From Gekko japonicus (Eukaryota): 64,000 nt of DNA. Numbering within the stretch: position 1 is the stretch's first letter; each line of letters begins with the position of its first letter. Made by a program: the position numbers and the translations under genes. The stretch covers positions 274,415 to 338,414 of the forward strand of contig NW_015165305.1 in NCBI RefSeq assembly GCF_001447785.1, in the 5' to 3' direction. Shown here piece by piece: positions 1 through 11,410 of the stretch. Under the pieces are notes generated by a model. That model worked only from the letters and a program-made list of their open reading frames with translations. It ran no database searches and was not told the DNA's origin.

Positions 1-19
1 ACAGAAGCTTTTCTAGGGG
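1..19 (-). CDS. LIG1: LIG1 coding exon (partial, runs off the window): (A)PRKAS...
   Basis: Pyrimidine tract plus AG acceptor (ttcctctttctcccatggtag|) at 20-21. Joined in phase 1 to the 568-744 exon it gives SSFFAPRKAS, matching human LIG1 SSFFTPRKPA as remembered. Confidence 0.85.
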
Positions 20-567
20 CTACCATGGGAGAAAGAGGAACAAATGTGGCACTTTCCCTATAAATGCAGAAATCACATTTTGGAGGCTTGATGAATTTGT
101 GGACATCATTAAAAAAAACCCCTCAGAGGTACCAGAGCAAAGTCTGAAACTTTGGAAGGATCATGCTGTAGCCAGGCTCTTCAAACCTCCCTCCCCACTT
201 TTAAGGTATCGAAAGCAGAGAGTGAACACCACTCCCAAGCCCTGCAAGACTCACTCGTTGTATACTAGTCTCCCAGTCTTGGTTCCATTTATGCTGGGGA
301 TACTTGCAAATAAAATATCCTTATTCTCACACTGTAATGTCTTTTCTTAGTCCTGTGTGCATGTTTCCAAATCTCTTTCCACAACCACGCTAGCTAGAAG
401 TGTTCTAATAAATTCTCATATTTTCAGAAATCCAGTATCAATATCACATAGCAAGTTCCAGGCGGAATGAGACAATATATTCAGCTGTGCCCATATGCCA
501 CAGAACATTCCTAATGGATATGTTAAGCACACATATTCACACACAAAAAGTGCCACACCTCCCTTAC

Positions 568-744
568 CAAAAAAACTAGAGATGGGTTTGCTGGATGGCT
601 TGGAGGGTATTAGCATCTTCTCTTCCTCTGCTTCTGCTATTTCTGCTTCCTCTTCTTTTTCAGTTTTAACCTCCACAATCTTAGCATCCTCCTCTTTCAT
701 GTCTTCTGCTTCCATTGGCTTTTCATATGGTTCCTCTTTTGAGC
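568..744 (-). CDS. LIG1: LIG1 coding exon, acidic N-terminal region ending KPISSFF
   Basis: Acceptor tgtgtag| and donor |gtaag; 177 nt, phase 1-1. Encodes GSKEEPYEKP...SKPSSKPISSFF (part of ORF 416..823). Confidence 0.9.
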
Positions 745-1372
745 CTACACAAGGAGCAAGTGCCAAGTATGCAACAGAATCTAAACAAGTGCTTGGATTT
801 CTTTTGCATAAAGCAGGCCCCACCCAAACGTAGGGCCACAGAATGTTTGCTTCTGACTCAGGTAAAGTCTAATGATTCAGTCCTATTCAGGTACTTTAGT
901 CCACTGAAATCAAGGGCTGAGAATGAAGTGGCTTCACATAGAACTGCACTGTAAGATGTGTACAGGTTCCTATGATGAAGCAAGTGTACAGGGAATAGTG
1001 TCTGAGCCTGGGAGGCTAAGGGAAGGGCTGAAGGCAATCCAAGATCAGAGTCTTGTCAATAGAAGTAAAGTTTATACACCACACTCTGGATGTAAAGGCA
1101 GCTGCACACATTACATTTTAGTAGGCATAGCGATCCAAACAAGATTAAAAATGGGAAGATGTGAAATAGTGCTGCCTGCAACAACTGCCCCTACACATCT
1201 CCTCCTGGCTGTCAAAGTACCTTGCAGGCAGGAATACCCTCTCATCTTCAGGGTGGACAATACTCCCACCATGCTACCCACTCTCATGCCCTAATGTCAC
1301 TGTGTTCTTATCTTACCACTTCATGTTCTAGTCCTTTTCCAGCCTTTCAAACAACCCTCAGAAAGCACTCAC

Positions 1373-1480
1373 CTTCCCCAGCACTGTCTGTTTTCTGTTT
1401 TTTGGCACACATCTCCTTCTGAGTGATGTCTTGACTGCCATCATCTTCCTCCACTTTACGTTTAGGGAGCTGCTTGCGGG
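1373..1480 (-). CDS. LIG1: LIG1 coding exon ARKQLPKRKVEEDD...
   Basis: Acceptor ctctgccctcag| and donor |gtgag; 108 nt. ARKQLPKR is identical to the human LIG1 NLS/H3K9-mimic region as remembered. Confidence 0.93.
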
Positions 1481-1628
1481 CTGAGGGCAGAGGCAAATCT
1501 TGTTGAATGTCATGGTGATACTACACTTTGCTGGTCTATTGCTGGAATACAAGTTCACTGAGATACAAGCTGCCTTAACAGCTACGTTCAGGACCTTAAC
1601 TGCAGCTATTCTAAACAGAAGACCAAAG

Positions 1629-2389
1629 TGTTACCCAAATAGATGGTCTCCTAATTAGTTAGGGGGAATTAGCTTTAAGGAGACAGAGTGAGAGGGCATA
1701 ACTGGGGTTCTCCACCTATGTATACAGTGATTTTTCCCTTTAAGAGAACTCTCAAATAAACCAGGCAGATGTTCAACTGGAAGGGTTTTTATTAAAAGAA
1801 TTAAAAAATGCAGACCATAAACATACATACAAGACCTAAGTAAGAGGAAATCAGAGGGAAAAGAGGGAAAGCTTTTTCAGGGAAGGGTAATATTTACCAA
1901 GCTTGCAGAGGTCAAGGAAGCAGCAGCAAAACAGCCAGCATTTCACAAAGGGAAGAGAACCCACAAAGTGGGAGTATGGCCAAGAACACACACACACACT
2001 GCTATGGAGGAGGGTACCACAATCATGGGGGAAACGGACTCTAAGGCTGTGGTGACATTATCCCAAAGCAATACCTTGATGGGCTTACCGGGGATGCACA
2101 ATGATTTAGGAGAGGCTTGATGACCCTGTAAGTACTGGATGGAAAGTGCTAATGGGTTGGGTTAATAGAACTGAGTACTGATTAATTGTCACTTGATTCA
2201 GTTAAGTGTAAACAGAGGGATGGGATTAGTCCAGGTATGAGTCAACAGGTCCTCAAAGACCCACTGTCCTAGAGTTAGGGGCTTGGAGGGGGCCATTAGC
2301 CAGTCAGTGACATTAAAGGTGTTTATGTCTCTATTTCTCTCTAAATGCTTAACTGTCCTTCTGCAGAAGGAGGATTCTGACTGCTAACA
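1629..2389 (-). mobile_element. Solo LTR (761 bp), ERV- or gypsy-type, in a LIG1 intron
   Basis: Termini TGTTA...TAACA; 4-bp TSD AAAG at 1625-1628 and 2390-2393; minus-strand AATAAA at 1788-1793, about 160 bp from the minus-strand 3' end. Confidence 0.8.
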
Positions 2390-2501
2390 AAAGCTGTAAA
2401 GCAGCAACCAGATAAATACCTGACTACTGACTCATGTGAAGACCGTGACCAAGTCTCACAATCCCTGGTTTGCCTGAAAGCCAAATAGGGTGAGTACTTA
2501 C

Positions 2502-2613
2502 CAGTTCTGCGCCGGGGAATGCTGGAAGGTGAAGGTGAATTAGAGGCAACTGGGCTGGTGCTTGGGGAGATGTTCTCTGCAGGTGTCTTTTGCTCAGGAG
2601 CACAGTCCGATTC
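2502..2613 (-). CDS. LIG1: LIG1 coding exon ESDCAPEQ...SPSPSSIPRRRT
   Basis: Acceptor gcctttttag| and donor |gtaag; 112 nt, phase 0-1. SPSSIPRRRT matches human SPSGIPKRRT as remembered. Confidence 0.93.
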
Positions 2614-2668
2614 CTAAAAAGGCAGAACTGCAAGGTCAAAAAGTGAGGACAGAACAAACAACACTCCA

Positions 2669-4510
2669 ACATTAGAAGCAGGAAACCAGTCAGGGAGGCA
2701 GTGGGGCCCTTGGATGACCAAGGGGTAAAAGGAGTACTGAAGGATAATAGGGAAATGGCTGAGAAACTGAATGCATTTTTTGCCTCTGTCTTCACTGTGG
2801 AAGATGAGAAGTGCTTGCTCTCTTCAGAACCACTGATTTCGGGAGGGGTGTTGAAAGACCTGAGTCAGATTGAGGTGACGAGAGAGGAGGTCCTACGACT
2901 TGTAGACAACTTAAAAAACTAATAAATCACCAGGCCTGGATGGCATACACCCAAGAGTTCTGAAAGAACTCAAATGTAAACTTGTGGATCTCCTGACAAA
3001 AATATGTAATCTGGAAGGTAGCTAATGTCACGCCCATCTTTAAAAAGGGTTCCAGAGGAGATCCGGGAAATTACAGGCCAGTCAGTCTGACGTCGATACT
3101 GGGTAAGTTGGTGGAAACTTATTAAGGAAAGAATTAGTAGACACATTGATGAACAAAAACTATTGAGGAAGACTCAACATGGGTTCTGTAAGGGAAGATC
3201 TTGTCTCACTAACCTGTTAGTGTTCTTTGAGGGAGTGAACAAACATGAGGACAAGGAGGACAATAGATGTTGTTTATCTTGACTTCCAGAAAGCTTTTGA
3301 TAAAGTTCCTCATCAAAGGCTCCTAAGTAAGCTCAACAGTCACGGGATAAAAGGACAACCTAGCAGTTCGAAAGCAAGAAATTGCAAGTAGATAAATAGG
3401 GACCACTTCGGTGGGAAGGTAACAGCGTTCTGTGCGCCTTGGTGTTTAGTCATGCCGGCCACATGACCACAGAAACGTCTTCGGACAGCGCTGGCTCTTC
3501 GGCTTTGAAACGGAGATGAGCACCGCAACCCTAGAGTCGGACTCGACTGGCTTTCAAGCAAGGGAACCTTTTACTAAAAGGACAAGTCCTTTTCTGGATC
3601 AAAAACTGGAGTGAGTATAAATGGACAATTTTCTCAGTGGAGGGTGGTAAGCAGTGGGGTACCGCAGGGATCAGTACTGGGTTCGATGCTTTTTAACTTG
3701 TTTATTAATGATTTGGAGTTGGGAGTAAGCAGTGAAGTGGCTAAATCTGCAGATGACACGAAGTTGTTCAGGGTGGTGAGAGCCGGGGAAGATTGTGAGG
3801 CACTCCAAAAGGATCTGTCGAGGATGGGTGAGTAGGCGTCAATGTGGCAAATGGGGTTCAATGTGGCCAAGTGCAAATGGATGCACATTGGAGCCAAAAA
3901 TCTTAGCTGTAAATACACGTTGATGGGGTCCGAACTGGCAGAGACTGACCAAGAGAGAGAACTTGGAGTCATAGTAGATAACTCACTGAAAATGTCGAGA
4001 CAGTGTGCAACTGCAATTAAAAAGGCCAACGCTATGCTGGGGATTATTAGGAAGGGAACTGAAAACAAATCAGCCAGTGTCATAATGCCCCTGTATAAAT
4101 CAATGAAGAAGTACTTTTCTCCCTTTCTCACAATACAAGAACTCATGGGCACTCAATGAAATTGCTGAGCAGTCGGGTTAGAACAGATAAAAGGAAGTAC
4201 TTCTTCACCCAAAGAGTGATTAACACATGGAATTCAGTGCCACAGGAGGTGGTGGCAGTTAGAAGCATGGACGGCTTCAAGAGGGAATTGGATAAGCATA
4301 TGGAGTAGTGGTCCATCAGCGGCTATTAGCCACAAGGTATAGATAGGAACTCTCAGTCTGGGGCAAGGGATGCTCTATATTCTTGGTGCTTGGGGGTGGG
4401 GCACTGCTGGACCTCCTGATGGCACCTGGTATTTTTGGCCACTGTGTGACAAAGTGCTGGACTTGATGGGCCATTGGCCTGATCCAACATTGCCTTCTCT
4501 TATGTTCTTA
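2669..4510 (+). mobile_element. CR1 LINE, 5'-truncated ORF2 (RT) plus 3' UTR; degenerate and internally deleted
   Basis: Motifs AEKLNAFFASVFT, KSPGPDGIHPRVLKEL, PGNYRPVSLTS, SGVPQGSVLG and (S)ADDTKL with stops and frameshifts; ends in the CR1 tail ttatgttctta; interrupted by a SINE at 3359-3574. Confidence 0.95.
3359..3574 (+). mobile_element. Sauria SINE, 5'-truncated, nested in CR1
   Basis: cctagcagttcgaaagc...gagatgagcaccgc...acctttac; 11-bp TSD taaaaggacaa at 3348-3358 and 3575-3585. Confidence 0.93.
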
Positions 4511-4903
4511 AGGTGTTGCATGCTTGCAAGTGAGCAAGATAAGAAAACCATCACCACAATCCTAAGAACACTTCCCTAAGAGTAAACCCCATGGAATAAA
4601 TTGGGACTTACCTCTAAGTAGTCCACTTTAGGCTTACTCACCATGAAGGGTAACTTAAATTAAAAAAGGAAGAAACACTACAAGGATATTTGGTGCAGTT
4701 TCCAGAAAAAGAAAATGAGACCTGCTTATGTCTTCAATGCATAAATCACAGCCAAAATTGGGGGAAATTGAAAGTAGCTAAACTAGGATTACAATTCTTC
4801 CTGCTTTGGAAAGAGAAGGCAAAAATCTACACTACAGAATTAGAAAATGGACACCTAATTGGTTAGTTCAACAAAGATCAGGACAAAACAGGAAAGGGCC
4901 TAC

Positions 4904-5066
4904 CTGGTTTGCATCATCTGCCTTTGTATCTCTTCCTCCTGGTTTCCCAGAATCTTTTTCACCTCCACCATTAAGGTTCTGAGTGGCTTGTTCAGCTACA
5001 CATTTCTCTGAGGAATCTTCATGGAGGGTCGTACCATTCACCAACTGGTCAGAATTTTTTGGTTCC
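4904..5066 (-). CDS. LIG1: LIG1 coding exon (K)EPKNSDQLVNGTTLHEDS...DDANQ
   Basis: Donor CAG|gtagg; the only phase-compatible acceptor is tttttgag| at 5067-5068; 163 nt, phase 2-0. LVNG..EDS aligns with human WNG..ESDS as remembered. Confidence 0.75.
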
Positions 5067-5978
5067 CTCAAAAACAATAACACTTTACAATAGCACCACT
5101 GTGCCTTTACCCCCTTCCCTCGCCATACATACAGAGCTACCTAAACATAAAAGAAATACCCATTACTAAAACCTTTGGACTACTTGAGTTAGAATAAATT
5201 TAAAGTCTTTCAATCTCTTTTAAAAGTTTAGCAGGCATACATTACAGTCCTCAGCAGAGGATGAGTGACTATATGCACAGACATCTTTCTTGGCTGCTTC
5301 ACATTTCAAGTCTTCCTGTCATGTTCCACTGGCCAAAGCACTAACCTTCCCCCCAATAAGGGCTACCAACCAGGCAATTCCCTGGAAGGATGAGTAACAA
5401 CTTATTTCAGCAGAGTTTTAGGTCTTTCACAACCATTGGAAATGCGTACTTTTAACATTTTCTCCAAGACTCTCATTTCAAACAGCATTTTTATTTTTTA
5501 TTGTTTGTTACTTTCTTATTTAAGACATCTCTATAGTGATTCTATTAACCTACCTCAACACTGATCAAAAGCAAATCTTGCTTTGGGCATATATACAGTG
5601 CCTCCAATATGGCACTGTAATATTTTGAACAGGAATGCAAAAACCTGCCCACTGTGTCTTTCCCAGAATAAGCTTTCTAGCTTTAGGCCATTTCAGTCAA
5701 GGTTGTGACTCCAACCATAACTATTGCAGAAGATTTTATGGAGGTAAAAATATAACTAAACAATCTTAGAGGAAAGCAAACAGTTGTTCTGACTACAATA
5801 GGTAGGCTGTGTGCACTCTACACACCAACAGGTTTGGTTGTGAATATACAGAATCTGGTAGCATTTGGTCCAAAATCTGACATCCCAGTTCTCTCAGATT
5901 GCATGAAAAGAATGGAGGGGTGAGGTGCAAATTACTCAGTTTTGTCAACAGATCATTCCATGGCTCAAGGTAACTCAC

Positions 5979-6065
5979 TTTTTAGGGGTCAGCTTATCTT
6001 CTGGTTGCTTATTCTCTGCCGTCTCTTTTCCAGGCTTTATTTGGGCTAGAGGTTGGAAGAATGAT
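5979..6065 (-). CDS. LIG1: LIG1 coding exon (R)SFFQPLAQIKPGKE...TPK
   Basis: Acceptor tttgtttctgggcag| and donor |gtgag; 87 nt. Completes the N-terminal PIP box MQSTIRSFF. Confidence 0.93.
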
Positions 6066-6477
6066 CTGCCCAGAAACAAACAGTTATATGAACTTTCCTG
6101 TTATACTTACAAGTGCAGAGTTCAATGCAGTTTTTGCAACAATAGGGCTGAGGCCAACAATACATCTGGCAGCACCCCTGTTCAAAAAGTTACCCCCCTC
6201 CCTGGTACTGGGGATTATATTGGTAGAGAAATGGCCAGGATGATGATTTCACTACTCCTTAGAGATTCAGCTATAGAAGTCACTTACAAATACAGACATA
6301 TTTCATGTTAGTATTGTGTGTGTGTGTGTTTTATATTTCCTAGCACTCTTTGTTTACATTTTATATTTCCTAACATTTAAAATACTTATCTAGTAGTCTA
6401 TTTAAAAAATACCTTCATTTTACCTACTTCTGAAGTTATCTGGAAAGCAAATGGCCTTTTAAAAACATTCTTCTCTC

Positions 6478-6720
6478 CCTGACCTGAATAGCCCAGGCAA
6501 GCCCAATCTTGTCAGATCTCAGAAGCTAAGCAGGGCCAACTCTGGCAAGTACTTGGATGGGAGACCTCCTTGGAATACCAGCAGTTGGGAAGCGGGGGCA
6601 GGCTTTATTCAGCACCTCTTGGAATATCCTCCAGGCCCCCTGTGGGGATGCAGTCACCAGAGGTCCCCATGACTTCCAGGACACAGTCAGTCACCAGAGG
6701 CAGTCATGACTTCCAAGTGC
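6478..6720 (+). mobile_element. 5S rRNA-derived SINE (SINE3)
   Basis: gcccaatcttgtcagatctcagaagctaagcagggc...agtacttggatgggagacc is the 5S internal control region with mismatches, followed by non-5S sequence. Related copies at 37110, 38477 and 52735. Confidence 0.85.
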
Positions 6721-6888
6721 GTACACACACATACACACACATACGAAAAATAAAATTCTTCTCAAAACTACAACAGTGTCCATCCCAAGAAAACGTATTT
6801 CCACATTTGCAATTTTAATCGCTCCCACAAAGTTTTGGCTTTGTAACATAAACTTCAAGATCTTCCATATTATCAAATTGGCGCTTAC

Positions 6889-6905
6889 CTGATTGTGCTC
6901 TGCAT
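6889..6905 (-). CDS. LIG1: LIG1 first coding exon portion, MQSTI(R)
   Basis: ATG at 6905-6903 then ATG CAG AGC ACA ATC AG|gtaag; 17 coding nt, the same split as human MQRSIM|SFF as remembered. The 5' boundary of the exon is uncertain (about 6964 or 7039). Confidence 0.9.
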
Positions 6906-7094
6906 TGTGGATGTCTGGGAAAAGATGCTATTGAAGCTGCTGTCAGGATAACAGCTCAGCAGGGCTGTTCCGCAAGGCAAGGAGAGTGGAGTTCATGGAA
7001 TAGGGTACCTTTTAGACCTTGTTCTCTCACAGGCCACAACTGATGGAAAATAGGGAGAGGGAGCAGGTGAGTAATTGACTGAAACTGGTTCAAA

Positions 7095-7250
7095 CTGTCA
7101 AGGTCAGTACTGTCTATGTTGACTGGCAGCAGCTCAGCATAGTCTTAGACAGGTCTCTAACATCAATCATCACTAGAACTGGAGATTCCAGGGACTCAGC
7201 CTGGAACCCTCTACATGCAAATCAGCCATTCTACCACTGAAGCACAACAA
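7095..7250 (-). mobile_element. Old tRNA-derived SINE (same family as 50262-50448)
   Basis: tgtctatgttgactggcagcagctc...ctggagattccagggactcagcctggaaccctctacatgcaaa...ctaccactga, a reverse-complemented tRNA-like head. Confidence 0.65.
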
Positions 7251-8054
7251 CTGCCTTTAGCCGTACAACAGAGGAGCCTGAGCAACTTCCCAAAACACAA
7301 CAAGACTGTGAGACCAATCATAGTCTAGTGGTTACAGTATCACACTGGGAAGATCTATACAGGACTATACAAAAAAACCAGCTGATAAAAATTCTGCCCT
7401 TAGATACAAAAGCCACCATCCACTACACATTAAAAATAATTTACCATATAGTCATTTTTTAAGGATTAGGAGAAATTGTGCCCAATATACAAGAATTCCA
7501 CAAAGAGGCTACTAGTTTAAAATTTGGCAGGTAATGGATACCTATATCAAGTTTTTCCAGTGGGTTATTGGAAGGCTGAGCTTGCAGTAGAAAAAGGGTT
7601 TTCTGCAAAGCAAGACCCCCCCCCCCGATTATCACATTTAAGAGAACCTTTAATTTGAAAGATCAATTAGTACACAAGTTCCAACATGTTTAGCTACTAC
7701 TTTCTTTAAACATTTGTTTTTAAATTTGTATGCTTTAGATGATACATGTATCTATCACATTTCCGATTTGTTTATATTTATACAAAGCACAGGCGAAATG
7801 TATAGGGGTTGTCAAGCCAACTAAATTATTTTTCCCAATACACAAACTTTTTCTTTGTTTTGCTTCCCCCCCCCCACCCCCGACTATTGGTTGAACCCTC
7901 TTTTTTGCATCATATACATGCACACGACAGGGGGAAAAAATTGGCGAATCTTGCCTGATACGAAAGGCACTAATATAGTTCTAACTTGCTGGCTGGAATG
8001 GAGCCTTTAAAACCATGGCCTGAAATGTCACTCCCCCCCCCTTATTTTATAACA

Positions 8055-8410
8055 TTCATAGAGTTGGGAGGGATCTCCATTATCATCTAGTCCAACTGCC
8101 TGCACAATGCAGGAAATTCACAAATACCTCCTCACCACCACCCCCAGTGACCGCTGTTCCACACCCAAAAGATGACAAAAAACCTCCAGGATCTCCAGCC
8201 AAACTGGCCTGGAGAACAATTGCTTTCTGACCCCAAAGTGGTGATCAGCATTTCCCTGGGCGTGTAAGAAAGGGTCACAAGAACTAAGCACTGATGCAAC
8301 CCTTCCTGCCCTCCCTCTCACGATCCGCCTAAGTTCACAGAATCAGCATTGCTGTCCGATGGCCCTCGAGCCTCTGACAACCTCCAAAGAAGGAGAACCT
8401 TCCACCTCCC
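8055..8410 (-). mobile_element. CR1-type LINE 3' end fragment
   Basis: Begins ttcatagagttgggagggatctcc...catctagtccaac (reverse of a CR1 tail) and ends ...cctccaaagaaggagaacc. Confidence 0.7.
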
Positions 8411-9289
8411 GATTCAGCCTGTGAAAAAGTTCTGGAGAACGCAAAAGTCAGCATAGTTTTGTGTCACTATAGCTGGTCCTAACAGAAGATATTACATGGA
8501 TTTTGATTTGTTTTTGGACTTTTATGTTGCGCCAGGAGGGCTGTAAACAACTGTAGACTTGCTTTTGGTCCCTGGGAACAGATTTAGCCCCCACCACAAC
8601 AGTATACTAACTGCACTCCTTTACTTTCAGTCACATAAAAGTGTTGCCATTCACTTCTGTGGGGATAACTGAAACTCTTCATCCTCAGTGACAGAGATCT
8701 CAAAAGGCACTGCCACACACCAAAGACTTTGCAATCTCCAGGGTTTCCCCCCAGTCCTAATTACAGGAATTAAGTAGTTCAGTTTTAATATGGTATTTAT
8801 ATATACTATTTAACATTCACACAAAAACATTAAGTGTGAGAAACTCGGGGCCACCTTTTGGCCTCATGTTCAAAAATGTTCTGAGAAGTAGGTGGTTTTT
8901 TTTTTTTTAATTGTTTATCAATACAAATTGGTGCATACATTCTGTTATTCCTCCCCAATTATAGTTCTATCCCACTCTTTCACCGAGCAACATTTCCCGA
9001 ACACTGGGTTATGTAGGTTTAAATGACTGCTGCTTGTGAAACGTGAACCATGGGTTAACGACATTCCCTTTGCAAATGCTGGGAAATAACAATGATACTA
9101 TAACGAAGACAAGCACCAAATACGAAACAATCACTTGGGGCAGAGGAGAAGCCAAGGGGTATATCTTCCCCCCCTTTCCTTCCTCCACTTCCACCTGTCG
9201 GGAAAGCTCCAGGTAGAACCACTGAAGGGTTTCGCTGTTTTCCTGTGTGTGAAAAGGGGCAGCTGGAAGGGGGAGGGGCAGAATCTACG

Positions 9290-9780
9290 TGAGGAGCCAG
9301 AGAGCCTGTGACATTCCCGCCATTTTCCTCTCGCGCGCGCTCTCTCCTCCACTCCCTCAGGAAAGGGGCTATAATCTCGCGCTCTCGCACACTAGAGATT
9401 ATTCCCGACAACTCCCCCGCGGACGCTAAGGTTCCCTCAGCAGCCCCTGCAAGGGACGTGGTGGGGTGAGGGGAATTACCTGGCGCGACCCTCAAGTTGC
9501 CTCTTCGACGTCTCTCCCTCCCCTTACCAGACTTCGTACTTTTTCTTTCGCGCGAAATCTGTTGATTGACAGTGAGCAACGTCACATGGCCCGCGCCTGC
9601 CAAAGTGGACAAATAACAGCACGCCGAGAAGTGTCGTCTTTAAAAGACCTCATCCTTTTTCCTCGAGCATGCTGGGAAATGTAGTCCTAATGTTGCTGAC
9701 CGAGCGGTGAAGCTGTCTGGGCTAACCTTTTCACGGAGGATCTTGGGGAATGTAGTCTTATTCGATGCGAAGCAAAGAGA
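9290..9780 (-). promoter_or_regulatory. LIG1: LIG1 CpG-rich promoter and non-coding exon 1 (donor at 9480|9479)
   Basis: CpG-dense; CAG|gtaat donor; palindromic E2F site TTTCGCGCGAAA at 9546-9557; two ACTACA-type ZNF143/THAP11 motifs at 9667-9685 (actacatttcccagcatgc on minus) and 9738-9756. Confidence 0.85.
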
Positions 9781-10132
9781 GTGGAGATACTTTAATTTCC
9801 CTGTCTCTGTTTAATTTTCCTTCTGTAGAGTTGTGGATGCCATGCTTCGCACGGGATAACCACCATGAAGCATTTACATCTCTCTCTTAAAATGACTTTT
9901 GACATATAATATTGAGCAATGGGGGGCTGACAAAGAGTTCTGAGGAACTCAAAACTTTCCTCATAATTTTGAGGTGTTTTGGTTAATCCCAATAAAACAT
10001 ATATTGCTGGAGTTACAGCCTGTGGCCAGAAATGAAACTGTTTAAAAAACGAGAGGAAGTAAACTTGCCAAGAGTTGTTCATACTGGGAAATCATTTTTA
10101 TTCAGCTGTCACACTGATGAATCCAGGATATA

Positions 10133-10268
10133 CCGTGTTTTCCGAAAATAAGACACTGTCTTATATTTATTTTTTCTCAAGAAGACATACTAGGGCTTAT
10201 ACCACAAATGCATAGAAATCCTGCTAGGGCTTATTTTTTGGGTAGGTCTTATTTTTGGGGAAACAGGG
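10133..10268. mobile_element. Tc1/mariner-superfamily (Tc2/pogo-like) MITE
   Basis: TIRs ccgtgttttccgaaaataagac / gtcttatttttggggaaacagg with TA TSD; inverted sister copy at 34505-34642. Confidence 0.88.
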
Positions 10269-10518
10269 TAAGTGATGCTGTGAATAAATTGAAAACATCT
10301 TATCCAGGGGTAGTGAGTTTATGCAGCCAGATAAGATAGCCTCTTCATTGGTTCCCAGATCTTGTAAGACTTAAAAAAAAAAATTAAAATCAAATGAGTT
10401 CGACCTAAGAACCAAATTGGAAATCACTCACACAAATAAGCCAACCTCTCTGTTTCCACAGGAATGCTAGAGTTCTGGCATTTCATACCACAAAAGCTGT
10501 TGTGGATGTCATTTAGAA

Positions 10519-10981
10519 CAGCAGTCACCAAACCTTTTGAGCCTGTGGGCACATCTGGAATTCTGACAGAGGGCAGTGGGCGCAACCACAAAATGGTTCT
10601 AACTGCAACAGCAGGCAGAGCCAACCACAGACTGTTATTGAGTGAGGTCATGCATAAATCTAATAGTAACTCTTCAATTTTTTTCAAGTAGAAGCTCTGT
10701 TTAACAGGACACCTTCTGAAATAAACCTACTGTTGAAAAATATTTTCTTGCATATACACACGTTATCTTCAGTCATGTAGTAAAGATCCTAGTGCAGTGG
10801 TGGCAGCTGCTGCTGAAGCAATGTTTTTTTGAATCTCCAGCAATCAGAAACCCTGCCAGGCAAAAGCCCCACCTGGCCCTACTCAGTTTCTAACGAACAC
10901 TTTAAAACCCCACCCTTGGTGGGCATCAGGAAAGATGCCAGTGGACACAGTGACACCCATGGGCACCGTGCTGGGCACCTG
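10519..10981. mobile_element. hAT-type non-autonomous element (463 bp)
   Basis: CAG...CTG termini with degenerate TIRs; perfect 8-bp TSD atttagaa at 10511-10518 and 10982-10989. Confidence 0.8.
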
Positions 10982-11204
10982 ATTTAGAATGAAACTTGTT
11001 TTACTTGTTCACATATGCATCAATGTTCTTTAATCTCAATCACACTTCCCCTGCTTGGGCTACACTCCGGAAAAGTACATCAGACAGAATCTGTACAAGC
11101 AACCAAGTAGGACAAAATCAGTGGGTTTATTATTAGATCAGATAATCCAACATTATGTCAGAAGTTCTGTATTAAGATGCACTGCTTAGTCCTAGGGCTG
11201 TGTG

Positions 11205-11410
11205 CAATGTTCCCTCTAAGCCGTGGAGTCTTGTGAGCAAAAATTCTACTTTATGAGCTACTGGCACTAAAGTTGTGAGCAAGTGATTTGGTTACTGCAT
11301 AAATTAGTTTGCTCTGGAGCCATCCTTCATGAGCTAAGACAAAAATGTGTGAGCCGGAGGCTAAAAAACTGTGAGCTAGCTCACACTAACTCAGCTTAGA
11401 GGGAATACTG
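11205..11410. mobile_element. hAT MITE family A, copy 1 (206 bp)
   Basis: TIR caatgttccctctaagc / gcttagagggaatactg; 8-bp TSD gctgtgtg. Confidence 0.93.

Noticed and set aside
3340-3561. Recurrent ORF MLESQS.PTLG.RCSSPF (also at 12199, 17875 and 35281)
   Set aside because: Antisense translation of Sauria SINE copies, not a gene family.
6478-6600. 5S rRNA gene (also at 37110, 38477 and 52735)
   Set aside because: The 5' end is not 5S, there are many mismatches, there is no oligo-T terminator, and the sequence continues into a retroposon body. These are SINE3 copies.
6943-6996. 17-codon uORF just upstream of the LIG1 ATG
   Set aside because: It is exonic only if the acceptor at 7040-7041 is used; an acceptor at about 6965 is equally plausible and would put the ATG in the intron.
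9055-9612. 185-aa ORF over the LIG1 promoter, and similar ORFs at 18.2-18.8 kb and 40.2-40.7 kb
   Set aside because: GC-rich CpG-island ORFs with no recognisable domain.
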